64,000 nt of DNA from Auanema rhodensis. Taxonomy: Eukaryota > Animalia > Nematoda. Below are positions 41,101-55,900 of the stretch, one piece after another. Position 1 is the stretch's first letter, and each line of letters begins with the position of its first letter. A program made the position numbers and the translations under genes. The notes under the pieces were generated by a model, which was not told where the DNA came from, did no database searches, and was given only the letters and a program-made list of their open reading frames with translations. The DNA is taken from the NCBI GenBank assembly GCA_964057225.1, contig OZ059895.1:10726001-10790000 (forward strand), in the 5' to 3' direction.

Positions 41101-42150
41101 TCAAATTTTTTTAACAATCATAACACGTTAAAAGTACGCCATGCAGCTGATTTTTAATTTTGTCTCTTCCGTAACAAATTTATTCAATTTTCAAGCAGTT
41201 TTACTTAGATAGCTCAAACCACGGCAGCAAATTATCTTCAATCTTATTTCTATATTACAGTTATGAACCAGTAGTTAATGAACCTTCATGGCCCGGTTAG
41301 TAGTTGGATCGGAGACGGCTTGGGAATCCCGGGTGGCGTAAGCTTTTCAAATTTTTTTAACAATCATAACACGTTAAAAGTACGCCATGCAGCTGATTTT
41401 TAATTTTGTCTCTTCCGTAACAAATTTATTCAATTTTCAAGCAGTTTTACTTAGATAGCTCAAACCACGGCAGCAAATTATCTTCAATCTTATTTCTATA
41501 TTACAGTTATGAACCAGTAGTTAATGAACCTTCATGGCCCGGTTAGTAGTTGGATCGGAGACGGCTTTTGGAATCCCGGATGGCGTAAGCTTTTCAAATT
41601 TTTTTAACAATCATAACACGTTGAAAATACGCCATTCAGCTGATTTTCAATTTTATCTCTTCCGTAATAAATGTTTTCAATTTTCAAGCAGTCTTACTTA
41701 GATAGCAAAACCCAAGGCAGCAAATTATCTTTAATCTTGATTCTATATTACAGCTATGAACCAGTAGTTAATGAACCTTCATGGCCCGGTTAGTAGTTGG
41801 ATCGGAGACGGCTTTTGGAATCCCGGATGGCGTAAGCTTTTCAAATTTTTTTAACAATCATAACACGTTGAAAATACGCCATTCAGCTGATTTTCAATTT
41901 TATCTCTTCCGTAATAAATGTTTTCAATTTTCAAGCAGTCTTACTTAGATAGCAAAACCCAAGGCAGCAAATTATCTTTAATCTTGATTCTATATTACAG
42001 CTATGAACCAGTAGTTAATGAACCTCCATGGCCGGTTAGTAGTTGGATCGGAGACGGCTTGGGAAACCCGGGTGGCGTAAGCTTTTCAAATTTTTTTAAC
42101 AATCATAACACGTTAAAAGTACGCCATGCAGCTGATTTTTAATTTTGTCT
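38200..42150 (+). repeat. 3-/4-monomer higher-order repeats (738 and 984-985 bp periods)
   Basis: ORF starts at 38226, 39210, 39948, 40933 and 41918. GAACTAG and GGCTTTTGG variants are confined to this region. Confidence 0.8.
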
Positions 42151-43869
42151 TTTCCGTAACAAATGTTTCCAATTTTCAAGCAGTTTTACTTAGATAGCTC
42201 AACCCAAGGCAGCAAATTATCTTTAATCTTATTTCTATATTACAGTTATGAACCAGTAGTTAATGAACCTTCATGGCCCGGTTAGTAGTTGGATCGGAGA
42301 CGGCTTGGGAATCCCGGGTGGTGTAAGCTTTTCAAATTTTTTTAACAATCATAACACGTTGAAAGTACGCCATGCAGCTGATTTTCAATTTTATCTCTTC
42401 CGTAATAAATGTTTTCATTTTTCAAGCAGTCTTACTTAGATAGCAAAACCCAAGGCAGCAAATTATCTTTAATCTTGATTCTACATTACAGCTATGAACC
42501 AGTAGTTAATGAACCTCCATGGCCGGTTAGTAGTTGGATCGGAGACGGCTTGGGAATCCCGGGTGGCGTAAGCTTTTCAAATTTTTTTAACAATCATAAC
42601 ACGTTAAAAGTACGCCATGCAGCTGATTTTTAATTTTGTCTCTTCCGTAACAAATTTATTCAATTTTCAAGCAGTTTTACTTAGATAGCTCAAACCACGG
42701 CAGCAAATTATCTTCAATCTTATTTCTATATTACAGTTATGAACCAGTAGTTAATGAACCTTCATGGCCCGGTTAGTAGTTGGATCGGAGACGGCTTTAG
42801 GAATCCCGGATGGCGTAAGCTTTTCAAATTTTTTTAACAATCATAACACGTTGAAAATACGCCATTCAGCTGATTTTCAATTTTATCTCTTCCGTAATAA
42901 ATGTTTTCAATTTTCAAGCAGTCTTACTTAGATAGCAAAACCCAAGGCAGCAAATTATCTTTAATCTTGATTCTATATTACAGCTATGAACCAGTAGTTA
43001 ATGAACCTCCATGGCCGGTTAGTAGTTGGATCGGAGACGGCTTGGAAAACCCGGGTGGCGTAAGCTTTTCAAATTTTTTTAACAATCATAACACGTTAAA
43101 AGTACGCCATGCAGCTGATTTTTAATTTTGTCTTTTCCGTAACAAATTTATTCAATTTTCAAGCAGTTTTACTTAGATAGCTCAAACCAAGGCAGCAAAT
43201 TATCTTCAATCTTATTTCTGTACTACAGTTATGAACCAGTAGTTAATGAACCTTCATGGCCCGGTTAGTAGTTGGATCGGAGACGGCTTGGGAATCCCGG
43301 ATGGCGTAAACTTTTCAAATTTTTTTAACAATCATAACATGTTGAAAGTACGCCATGCAGCTGATTTTTAATTTTATCTCTTCCGTAACAAATGTTTCCA
43401 ATTTTCAAGCAGTTTTACTTAGATAGCTCAACCCAAGGCAGCAAATTATCTTTGATCTTATTTCTATATTACAGTTATGAACCAGTAGTTAATGAACCTT
43501 CATGGCCCGGTTAGTAGTTGGATCGGAGACGGCTTGGGAATCCTGGGTGGCGTAAGCTTTTCAAATTTTTTTAACAATCATAACACGTTGAAAGTACGCC
43601 ATTCAGCTGATTTTCAATTTTATCTCTTCCGTAATAAATGTTTTCAATTTTCAAGCAGTTTTACTTAGATAGCTCAAACCACGGCAGCAAATTATCTTCA
43701 ATCTTATTTCTATATTACAGTTATGAACCAGTAGTTAATGAACCTTCATGGCCCGGTTAGTAGTTGGATCGGAGACGGCTTGGGAATCCCGGATGGCGTA
43801 AACTTTTCAAATTTTTTTAACAATCATAACACGTTGAAAGTACGCCATGCAGCTGATTTTTAATTTTAT

Positions 43870-46800
43870 CTCTTCCGTAACAAATGTTTCCAATTTTCAA
43901 GCAGTTTTACTTAGATAGCTCAACCCAAGGCAGCAAATTATCTTTAATCTTATTTCTATATTACAGTTATGAACCAGTAGTTAATGAACCTTCATGGCCC
44001 GGTTAGTAGTTGGATCGGAGACGGCTTGGGAATCCCGGGTGGTGTAAGCTTTTCAAATTTTTTTAACAATCATAACACGTTGAAAGTACGCCATGCAGCT
44101 GATTTTCAATTTTATCTCTTCCGTAATAAATGTTTTCATTTTTCAAGCAGTCTTACTTAGATAGCTCAAACCACGGCAGCAAATTATCTTCAATCTTATT
44201 TCTATATTACAGTTATGAACCAGTAGTTAATGAACCTCCATGGCCGGTTAGTAGTAGGATCGGAGACGGCTTGGGAATCCCGGATGGCGTAAACTTTTCA
44301 AATTTTTTTAACAATCATAACACGTTGAAAGTACGCCATGCAGCTGATTTTTAATTTTATCTCTTCCGTAACAAATGTTTCCAATTTTCAAGCAGTTTTA
44401 CTTAGATAGCTCAACCCAAGGCAGCAAATTATCTTTAATCTTATTTCTATATTACAGTTATGAACCAGTAGTTAATGAACCTTCATGGCCCGGTTAGTAG
44501 TTGGATCGGAGACGGCTTGGGAATCCCGGGTGGTGTAAGCTTCTCAAATTTTTTTAACAATCATAACACGTTGAAAGTACGCCATGCAGCTGATTTTCAA
44601 TTTTATCTCTTCCGTAATAAATGTTTTCATTTTTCAAGCAGTCTTACTTAGATAGCAAAACCCAAGGCAGCAAATTATCTTTAATCTTGATTCTATATTA
44701 CAGCTATGAACCAGTAGTTAATGAACCTCCATGGCCGGTTAGTAGTTGGATCGGAGACGGCTTTGGAATCCCGGGTGGCGTAAGCTTTTCAAATTTTTTT
44801 AACAATCATAACACGTTGAAAATACGCCATTCAGCTGATTTTCAATTTTATCTCTTCCGTAATAAATGTTTTCAATTTTCAAGCAGTCTCACTTAGATAG
44901 CAAAACCCAAGGCAGCAAATTATCTTTAATCTTGATTCTATATTACAGCTATGAACCAGTAGTTAATGAACCTCCATGGCCGGTTAGTAGTTGGATCGGA
45001 GACGGCTTGGGAAACCCGGGTGGCGTAAACTTTTCAAATTTTTTTAACAATCATAACACGTTGAAAGTACGCCATGCAGCTGATTTTTAATTTTATCTCT
45101 TCCGTAACAAATGTTTCCAATTTTCAAGCAGTTTTACTTAGATAGCTCAACCCAAGGCAGCAAATTATCTTTAATCTTATTTCTATATTACAGTTATGAA
45201 CCAGTAGTTAATGAACCTTCATGGCCCGGTTAGTAGTTGGATCGGAGACGGCTTGGGAATCCCGGGTGGTGTAAGCTTTTCAAATTTTTTTAACAATCAT
45301 AACACGTTGAAAGTACGCCATGCAGCTGATTTTCAATTTTATCTCTTCCGTAATAAATGTTTTCATTTTTCAAGCAGTCTTACTTAGATAGCTCAAACCA
45401 CGGCAGCAAATTATCTTCAATCTTATTTCTATATTACAGTTATGAACCAGTAGTTAATGAACCTCCATGGCCGGTTAGTAGTTGGATCGGAGACGGCTTG
45501 GGAATCCCGGATGGCGTAAACTTTTCAAAATTTTTTAACAATCATAACACGTTGAAAGTACGCCATGCAGCTGATTTTTAATTTTATCTCTTCCGTAACA
45601 AATGTTTCCAATTTTCAAGCAGTTTTACTTAGATAGCTCAACCCAAGGCAGCAAATTATCTTTAATCTTATTTCTATATTACAGTTATGAACCAGTAGTT
45701 AATGAACCTTCATGGCCCGGTTAGTAGTTGGATCGGAGACGGCTTGGGAATCCCGGGTGGTGTAAGCTTCTCAAATTTTTTTAACAATCATAACACGTTG
45801 AAAGTACGCCATGCAGCTGATTTTCAATTTTATCTCTTCCGTAATAAATGTTTTCAATTTTCAAGCAGTCTCACTTAGATAGCAAAACCCAAGGCAGCAA
45901 ATTATCTTTAATCTTGATTCTATATTACAGCTATGAACCAGTAGTTAATGAACCTCCATGGCCGGTTAGTAGTTGGATCGGAGACGGCTTTGGAATCCCG
46001 GGTGGCGTAAGCTTTTCAAATTTTTTTAACAATCATAACACGTTGAAAATACGCCATTCAGCTGATTTTCAATTTTATCTCTTCCGTAATAAATGTTTTC
46101 AATTTTCAAGCAGTCTCACTTAGATAGCAAAACCCAAGGCAGCAAATTATCTTTAATCTTGATTCTATATTACAGCTATGAACCAGTAGTTAATGAACCT
46201 CCATGGCCGGTTAGTAGTTGGATCGGAGACGGCTTGGGAATCCCGGGTGGTGTAAGCTTCTCAAATTTTTTTAACAATCATAACACGTTGAAAGTACGCC
46301 ATGCAGCTGATTTTTAATTTTATCTCTTCCGTAATAAATGTTTTCATTTTTCAAGCAGTCTTACTTAGATAGCTCAAACCACGGCAGCAAATTATCTTCA
46401 ATCTTATTTCTATATTACAGTTATGAACCAGTAGTTAATGAACCTCCATGGCCGGTTAGTAGTTGGATCGGAGACGGCTTGGGAATCCCGGATGGCGTAA
46501 ACTTTTCAAATTTTTTTAACAATCATAACACGTTGAAAGTACGCCATGCAGCTGATTTTTAATTTTATCTCTTCCGTAACAAATGTTTCCAATTTTCAAG
46601 CAGTTTTACTTAGATAGCTCAACCCAAGGCAGCAAATTATCTTTAATCTTATTTCTATATTACAGTTATGAACCAGTAGTTAATGAACCTTCATGGCCCG
46701 GTTAGTAGTTGGATCGGAGACGGCTTGGGAATCCCGGGTGGTGTAAGCTTCTCAAATTTTTTTAACAATCATAACACGTTGAAAGTACGCCATGCAGCTG

Positions 46801-47060
46801 ATTTTCAATTTTATCTCTTCCGTAATAAATGTTTTCATTTTTCAAGCAGTCTTACTTAGATAGCAAAACCCAAGGCAGCAAATTATCTTTAATCTTGATT
46901 CTATATTACAGCTATGAACCAGTAGTTAATGAACCTCCATGGCCGGTTAGTAGTTGGATCGGAGACGGCTTTGGAAACCCGGGTGGCGTAAGCTTTTCAA
47001 ATTTTTTTAACAATCATAACACGTTAAAAGTACGCCATGCAGCTGATTTTTAATTTTGTC
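43870..47060 (+). repeat. 5-monomer duplication (1227 bp period) plus a partial third copy
   Basis: ORF pairs 44130/45357, 44621/45848 and 44866/46093. The GTCTCACTT variant is local to this region. Confidence 0.75.
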
Positions 47061-47809
47061 TCTTCCGTAACAAATGTTTCCAATTTTCAAGCAGTTTTAC
47101 TTAGATAGCTCAACCCAAGGCAGCAAATTATCTTTAATCTTATTTCTATATTACAGTTATGAACCAGTAGTTAATGAACCTTCATGGCCCGGTTAGTAGT
47201 TGGATCGGAGACGGCTTTGGGAATCCCGGATGGCGCAAGCTTTTCAAATTTTTTTAACAATCATAACACGTTGAAAATACGCCATTCAGCTGATTTTCAA
47301 TTTTATCTCTTCCGTAATAAATGTTTTCAATTTTCAAGCAGTCTTACTTAGATAGCAAAACCCAAGGCAGCAAATTATCTTTAATCTTGATTCTATATTA
47401 CAGCTATGAACCAGTAGTTAATGAACCTCCATGGCCGGTTAGTAGTTGGATCGGAGACGGCTTGGGAATCCCGGATGGCGTAAACTTTTCAAATTTTTTT
47501 AACAATCATAACACGTTGAAAGTACGCCATTCAGCTGATTTTCAATTTTATCTCTTCCGTAATAAATGTTTTCAATTTTCAAGCAGTTTTACTTAGATAG
47601 CTCAAACCACGGCAGCAAATTATCTTCAATCTTATTTCTATATTACAGTTATGAACCAGTAGTTAATGAACCTTCATGGCCCGGTTAGTAGTTGGATCGG
47701 AGACGGCTTGGGAATCCCGGATGGCGTAAACTTTTCAAATTTTTTTAACAATCATAACACGTTGAAAATACGCCATTCAGCTGATTTTCAATTTTATCTC
47801 TTCCGTAAT

Positions 47810-49770
47810 AAATGTTTTCAATTTTCAAGCAGTCTTACTTAGATAGCAAAACCCAAGGCAGCAAATTATCTTTAATCTTGATTCTATATTACAGCTATGA
47901 ACCAGTAGTTAATGAACCTCCATGGCCGGTTAGTAGTTGGATCGGAGACGGCTTGGGAAACCCGGGTGGCGTAAACTTTTCAAATTTTTTTAACAATCAT
48001 AACACGTTGAAAGTACGCCATGCAGCTGATTTTTAATTTTATCTCTTCCGTAACAAATGTTTCCAATTTTCAAGCAGTTTTACTTAGATAGCTCAACCCA
48101 AGGCAGCAAATTATCTTTAATCTTATTTCTATATTACAGTTATGAACCAGTAGTTAATGAACCTTCATGGCCCGGTTAGTAGTTGGATCGGAGACGGCTT
48201 TGGGAATCCCGGATGGCGCAAGCTTTTCAAATTTTTTTAACAATCATAACACGTTGAAAATACGCCATTCAGCTGATTTTCAATTTTATCTCTTCCGTAA
48301 TAAATGTTTTCAATTTTCAAGCAGTCTTACTTAGATAGCAAAACCCAAGGCAGCAAATTATCTTCAGTCTTATTTCTATATTACAGTTATGAACCAGTTG
48401 TTAATGAACCTCCATGGCCGGTTAGTAGTTGGATCGGAGACGGCTTGGGAATCCTGGGTGGCGTAAGCTTCTCAAATTTTTTTAACAATCATAACATGTT
48501 GAAAGTACGCCATGCAGCTGATTTTTAATTTTATCTCTTCCGTAACAAATGTTTCCAATTTTCAAGCAGTTTTACTTAGATAGCTCAACCCAAGGCAGCA
48601 AATTATCTTTAATCTTATTTCTATATTACAGTTATGAACCAGTAGTTAATGAACCTTCATGGCCCGGTTAGTAGTTGGATCGGAGACGGCTTGGGAATCC
48701 CGGGTGGCGTAAGCTTTTCAAATTTTTTTAACAATCATAACACGTTGAAAGTACGCCATTCAGCTGATTTTCAATTTTATCTCTTCCGTAATAAATGTTT
48801 TCAATTTTCAAGCAGTCTTACTTAGATAGCAAATCCCAAGGCAGCAATTTATCTTTAATCTTGATTCTATATCACAGCTATGAACCAGTAGTTAATGAAC
48901 CTCCATGGCCGGTTAGTAGTTGGATCGGAGACGGCTTGGGAAACCCGGGTGGCGTAAACTTTTCAAATTTTTTTAACAATCATAACACGTTGAAAGTACG
49001 CCATGCAGCTGATTTTTAATTTTATCTCTTCCGTAACAAATGTTTCCAATTTTCAAGCAGTTTTACTTAGATAGCTCAACCCAAGGCAGCAAATTATCTT
49101 TAATCTTATTTCTATATTACAGTTATGAACCAGTAGTTAATGAACCTTCATGGCCCGGTTAGTAGTTGGATCGGAGACGGCTTTGGGAATCCCGGATGGC
49201 GCAAGCTTTTCAAATTTTTTTAACAATCATAACACGTTGAAAATACGCCATTCAGCTGATTTTCAATTTTATCTCTTCCGTAATAAATGTTTTCAATTTT
49301 CAAGCAGTCTTACTTAGATAGCAAAACCCAAGGCAGCAAATTATCTTCAGTCTTATTTCTATATTACAGTTATGAACCAGTTGTTAATGAACCTCCATGG
49401 CCGGTTAGTAGTTGGATCGGAGACGGCTTGGGAATCCTGGGTGGCGTAAGCTTCTCAAATTTTTTTAACAATCATAACATGTTGAAAGTACGCCATGCAG
49501 CTGATTTTTAATTTTATCTCTTCCGTAACAAATGTTTCCAATTTTCAAGCAGTTTTACTTAGATAGCTCAACCCAAGGCAGCAAATTATCTTTAATCTTA
49601 TTTCTATATTACAGTTATGAACCAGTAGTTAATGAACCTTCATGGCCCGGTTAGTAGTTGGATCGGAGACGGCTTGGGAATCCCGGGTGGCGTAAGCTTT
49701 TCAAATTTTTTTAACAATCATAACACGTTGAAAGTACGCCATTCAGCTGATTTTCAATTTTATCTCTTCC
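47810..49770 (+). repeat. 4-monomer duplication (983 bp period)
   Basis: ORF pairs 47812/48795 and 48304/49287. The GGCGCAAG variant occurs at ~48218 and ~49201. Confidence 0.75.
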
Positions 49771-49929
49771 GTAATAAATTTATTCAATTTTCAAGCAGTT
49801 TTACTTAGATAGCTCAAACCACGGCAGCAAATTATCTTCAATCTTATTTCTATATTACAGTTATGAACCAGTAGTTAATGAATCTTCATGGCCCGGTTAG
49901 TAGTTGGATCGGAGACGGCTTGGGAATCC

Positions 49930-52900
49930 CGGGTGGCGTAAGCTTTTCAAATTTTTTTAACAATCATAACACGTTAAAAGTACGCCATGCAGCTGATTTT
50001 TAATTTTGTCTCTTCCGTAACAAATTTATTCAATTTTCAAGCAGTTTTACTTAGATAGCTCAAACCACGGCAGCAAATTATCTTCAATCTTATTTCTATA
50101 TTACAGTTATGAACCAGTAGTTAATGAATCTTCATGGCCCGGTTAGTAGTTGGATCGGAGACGGCTTTGAGAATCCCGGATGGCGTAAGCTTTTCAAATT
50201 TTTTTAACAATCATAACACGTTGAAAATACGCCATTCAGCTGATTTTCAATTTTATCTCTTCCGTAATAAATGTTTTCAATTTTCAAGCAGTCTTACTTA
50301 GATAGCAAAACCCAAGGCAGCAAATTATCTTTAATCTTGATTCTATATTACAGCTATGAACCAGTAGTTAATGAACCTCCATGGCCGGTTAGTAGTTGGA
50401 TCGGAGACGGCTTGGGAAACCCGGGTGGCGTAAACTTTTCAAATTTTTTTAACAATCATAACACGTTGAAAGTACGCCATGCAGCTGATTTTTAATTTTA
50501 TCTCTTCCGTAACAAATGTTTCCAATTTTCAAGCAGTTTTACTTAGATAGCTCAACCCAAGGCAGCAAATTATCTTTAATCTTATTTCTATATTACAGTT
50601 ATGAACCAGTAGTTAATGAACCTTCATGGCCCGGTTAGTAGTTGGATCGGAGACGGCTTTGGGAATCCCGGATGGCGTAAGCTTTTCAAATTTTTTTAAC
50701 AATCATAACACGTTGAAAATACGCCATTCAGCTGATTTTCAATTTTATCTCTTCCGTAATAAATGTTTTCAATTTTCAAGCAGTCTTACTTAGATAGCAA
50801 AACCCAAGGCAGCAAATTATCTTTAATCTTGATTCTATATTACAGCTATGAACCAGTAGTTAATGAACCTCCATGGCCGGTTAGTAGTTGGATCGGAGAC
50901 GGCTTGGGAATCCCGGATGGCGTAAACTTTTCAAATTTTTTTAACAATCATAACACGTTGAAAGTACGCCATGCAGCTGATTTTTAATTTTATCTCTTCC
51001 GTAACAAATGTTTCCAATTTTCAAGCAGTTTTACTTAGATAGCAAAACCCAAGGCAGCAAATTATCTTTAATCTTGATTCTATATTACAGCTATGAACCA
51101 GTAGTTAATGAACCTCCATGGCCGGTTAGTAGTTGGATCGGAGACGGCTTGGGAATCCTGGGTGGCGTAAGCTTCTCAAATTTTTTTAACAATCATAACA
51201 CGTTAAAAGTACGCCATGCAGCTGATTTTTAATTTTGTCTCTTCCGTAACAAATTTATTCAATTTTCAAGCAGTTTTACTTAGATAGCTCAAACCACGGC
51301 AGCAAATTATCTTCAATCTTATTTCTATATTACAGTTATGAACCAGTAGTTAATGAACCTTCATGGCCCGGTTAGTAGTTGGATCGGAGACGGCTTTGGG
51401 AATCCCGGATGGCGTAAGCTTTTCAAATTTTTTTAACAATCATAACACGTTGAAAATACGCCATGCAGCTGATTTTTAATTTTATCTGTTCCGTAACAAA
51501 TGTTTTCAATTTTCAAGCAGTTTTACTTAGACAGCTCAACCCAAGGCAGCAAATTATCTCCAGTCTTATTTCTATATTACAGTTATGAACCAGTTGTTAA
51601 TGAACCTTCATGGCCCGGTTAGTAGTTGGATCGGAGACGGCTTGGGAATCCCGGATGGCGTAAACTTTTCAAATTTTTTTAACAATCATAACATGTTGAA
51701 AGTACGCCATGCAGCTCATTTTTAATTTTATCTCTTCCGTAACAAATGTTTCCAATTTTCAAGCAGTTTTACTTAGATAGCTCAACCCAAGGCAGCAAAT
51801 TATCTTCAGTCTTATTTCTATATTACAGTTATGAACCAGTTGTTAATGAACCTCCATGGCCGGTTAGTAGTTGGATCGGAGACGGCTTGGGAATCCTGGG
51901 TGGCGTAAGCTTCTCAAATTTTTTTAACAATCATAACATGTTGAAAGTACGCCATGCAGCTGATTTTTAATTTTATCTCTTCCGTAACAAATGTTTCCAA
52001 TTTTCAAGCAGTTTTACTTAGATAGCAAAACCCAAGGCAGCAAATTATCTTTAATCTTATTTCTATATTACAGTTATGAACCAGTAGTTAATGAACCTTC
52101 ATGGCCCGGTTAGTAGTTGGATCGGAGACGGCTTGGGAATCCCGGGTGGCGTAAGCTTTTCAAATTTTTTTAACAATCATAACACGTTGAAAGTACGCCA
52201 TTCAGCTGATTTTCAATTTTATCTCTTCCGTAATAAATGTTTTCAATTTTCAAGCAGTCTTACTTAGATAGCAAATCCCAAGGCAGCAATTTATCTTTAA
52301 TCTTGATTCTATATCACAGCTATGAACCAGTAGTTAATGAACCTCCATGGCCGGTTAGTAGTTGGATCGGAGACGGCTTTGGAATCCCGGGTGGCGTAAG
52401 CTTTTCAAATTTTTTTAACAATCATAACACGTTAAAAGTACGCCATGCAGCTGATTTTTAATTTTGTCTCTTCCGTAACAAATTTATTCAATTTTCAAGC
52501 AGTTTTACTTAGATAGCTCAAACCACGGCAGCAAATTATCTTCAATCTTATTTCTATATTACAGTTATGAACCAGTAGTTAATGAATCTTCATGGCCCGG
52601 TTAGTAGTTGGATCGGAGACGGCTTTGAGAATCCCGGATGGCGTAAGCTTTTCAAATTTTTTTAACAATCATAACACGTTGAAAATACGCCATTCAGCTG
52701 ATTTTCAATTTTATCTCTTCCGTAATAAATGTTTTCAATTTTCAAGCAGTCTTACTTAGATAGCAAAACCCAAGGCAGCAAATTATCTTTAATCTTGATT
52801 CTATATTACAGCTATGAACCAGTAGTTAATGAACCTCCATGGCCGGTTAGTAGTTGGATCGGAGACGGCTTGGGAAACCCGGGTGGCGTAAACTTTTCAA

Positions 52901-55900
52901 ATTTTTTTAACAATCATAACACGTTGAAAGTACGCCATGCAGCTGATTTTTAATTTTATCTCTTCCGTAACAAATGTTTCCAATTTTCAAGCAGTTTTAC
53001 TTAGATAGCTCAACCCAAGGCAGCAAATTATCTTTAATCTTATTTCTATATTACAGTTATGAACCAGTAGTTAATGAACCTTCATGGCCCGGTTAGTAGT
53101 TGGATCGGAGACGGCTTTGGGAATCCCGGATGGCGTAAGCTTTTCAAATTTTTTTAACAATCATAACACGTTGAAAATACGCCATTCAGCTGATTTTCAA
53201 TTTTATCTCTTCCGTAATAAATGTTTTCAATTTTCAAGCAGTCTTACTTAGATAGCAAAACCCAAGGCAGCAAATTATCTTTAATCTTGATTCTATATTA
53301 CAGCTATGAACCAGTAGTTAATGAACCTCCATGGCCGGTTAGTAGTTGGATCGGAGACGGCTTGGGAATCCCGGATGGCGTAAACTTTTCAAATTTTTTT
53401 AACAATCATAACACGTTGAAAGTACGCCATGCAGCTGATTTTTAATTTTATCTCTTCCGTAACAAATGTTTCCAATTTTCAAGCAGTTTTACTTAGATAG
53501 CAAAACCCAAGGCAGCAAATTATCTTTAATCTTGATTCTATATTACAGCTATGAACCAGTAGTTAATGAACCTCCATGGCCGGTTAGTAGTTGGATCGGA
53601 GACGGCTTGGGAATCCTGGGTGGCGTAAGCTTCTCAAATTTTTTTAACAATCATAACACGTTAAAAGTACGCCATGCAGCTGATTTTTAATTTTGTCTCT
53701 TCCGTAACAAATTTATTCAATTTTCAAGCAGTTTTACTTAGATAGCTCAAACCACGGCAGCAAATTATCTTCAATCTTATTTCTATATTACAGTTATGAA
53801 CCAGTAGTTAATGAACCTTCATGGCCCGGTTAGTAGTTGGATCGGAGACGGCTTTGGGAATCCCGGATGGCGTAAGCTTTTCAAATTTTTTTAACAATCA
53901 TAACACGTTGAAAATACGCCATGCAGCTGATTTTTAATTTTATCTGTTCCGTAACAAATGTTTTCAATTTTCAAGCAGTTTTACTTAGACAGCTCAACCC
54001 AAGGCAGCAAATTATCTCCAGTCTTATTTCTATATTACAGTTATGAACCAGTTGTTAATGAACCTTCATGGCCCGGTTAGTAGTTGGATCGGAGACGGCT
54101 TGGGAATCCCGGATGGCGTAAACTTTTCAAATTTTTTTAACAATCATAACATGTTGAAAGTACGCCATGCAGCTCATTTTTAATTTTATCTCTTCCGTAA
54201 CAAATGTTTCCAATTTTCAAGCAGTTTTACTTAGATAGCTCAACCCAAGGCAGCAAATTATCTTCAGTCTTATTTCTATATTACAGTTATGAACCAGTTG
54301 TTAATGAACCTCCATGGCCGGTTAGTAGTTGGATCGGAGACGGCTTGGGAATCCTGGGTGGCGTAAGCTTCTCAAATTTTTTTAACAATCATAACATGTT
54401 GAAAGTACGCCATGCAGCTGATTTTTAATTTTATCTCTTCCGTAACAAATGTTTCCAATTTTCAAGCAGTTTTACTTAGATAGCAAAACCCAAGGCAGCA
54501 AATTATCTTTAATCTTATTTCTATATTACAGTTATGAACCAGTAGTTAATGAACCTTCATGGCCCGGTTAGTAGTTGGATCGGAGACGGCTTGGGAATCC
54601 CGGGTGGCGTAAGCTTTTCAAATTTTTTTAACAATCATAACACGTTGAAAGTACGCCATTCAGCTGATTTTCAATTTTATCTCTTCCGTAATAAATGTTT
54701 TCAATTTTCAAGCAGTCTTACTTAGATAGCAAAACCCAAGGCAGCAATTTATCTTTAATCTTGATTCTATATCACAGCTATGAACCAGTAGTTAATGAAC
54801 CTCCATGGCCGGTTAGTAGTTGGATCGGAGACGGCTTTGGAATCCCGGGTGGCGTAAGCTTTTCAAATTTTTTTAACAATCATAACACGTTAAAAGTACG
54901 CCATGCAGCTGATTTTTAATTTTGTCTCTTCCGTAACAAATTTATTCAATTTTCAAGCAGTTTTACTTAGATAGCTCAAACCACGGCAGCAAATTATCTT
55001 CAATCTTATTTCTATATTACAGTTATGAACCAGTAGTTAATGAATCTTCATGGCCCGGTTAGTAGTTGGATCGGAGACGGCTTTGAGAATCCCGGATGGC
55101 GTAAGCTTTTCAAATTTTTTTAACAATCATAACACGTTGAAAATACGCCATTCAGCTGATTTTCAATTTTATCTCTTCCGTAATAAATGTTTTCAATTTT
55201 CAAGCAGTCTTACTTAGATAGCAAAACCCAAGGCAGCAAATTATCTTTAATCTTGATTCTATATTACAGCTATGAACCAGTAGTTAATGAACCTCCATGG
55301 CCGGTTAGTAGTTGGATCGGAGACGGCTTGGGAAACCCGGGTGGCGTAAACTTTTCAAATTTTTTTAACAATCATAACACGTTGAAAGTACGCCATGCAG
55401 CTGATTTTTAATTTTATCTCTTCCGTAACAAATGTTTCCAATTTTCAAGCAGTTTTACTTAGATAGCTCAACCCAAGGCAGCAAATTATCTTTAATCTTA
55501 TTTCTATATTACAGTTATGAACCAGTAGTTAATGAACCTTCATGGCCCGGTTAGTAGTTGGATCGGAGACGGCTTTGGGAATCCCGGATGGCGTAAGCTT
55601 TTCAAATTTTTTTAACAATCATAACACGTTGAAAATACGCCATTCAGCTGATTTTCAATTTTATCTCTTCCGTAATAAATGTTTTCAATTTTCAAGCAGT
55701 CTTACTTAGATAGCAAAACCCAAGGCAGCAAATTATCTTTAATCTTGATTCTATATTACAGCTATGAACCAGTAGTTAATGAACCTCCATGGCCGGTTAG
55801 TAGTTGGATCGGAGACGGCTTGGGAATCCCGGATGGCGTAAACTTTTCAAATTTTTTTAACAATCATAACACGTTGAAAGTACGCCATGCAGCTGATTTT

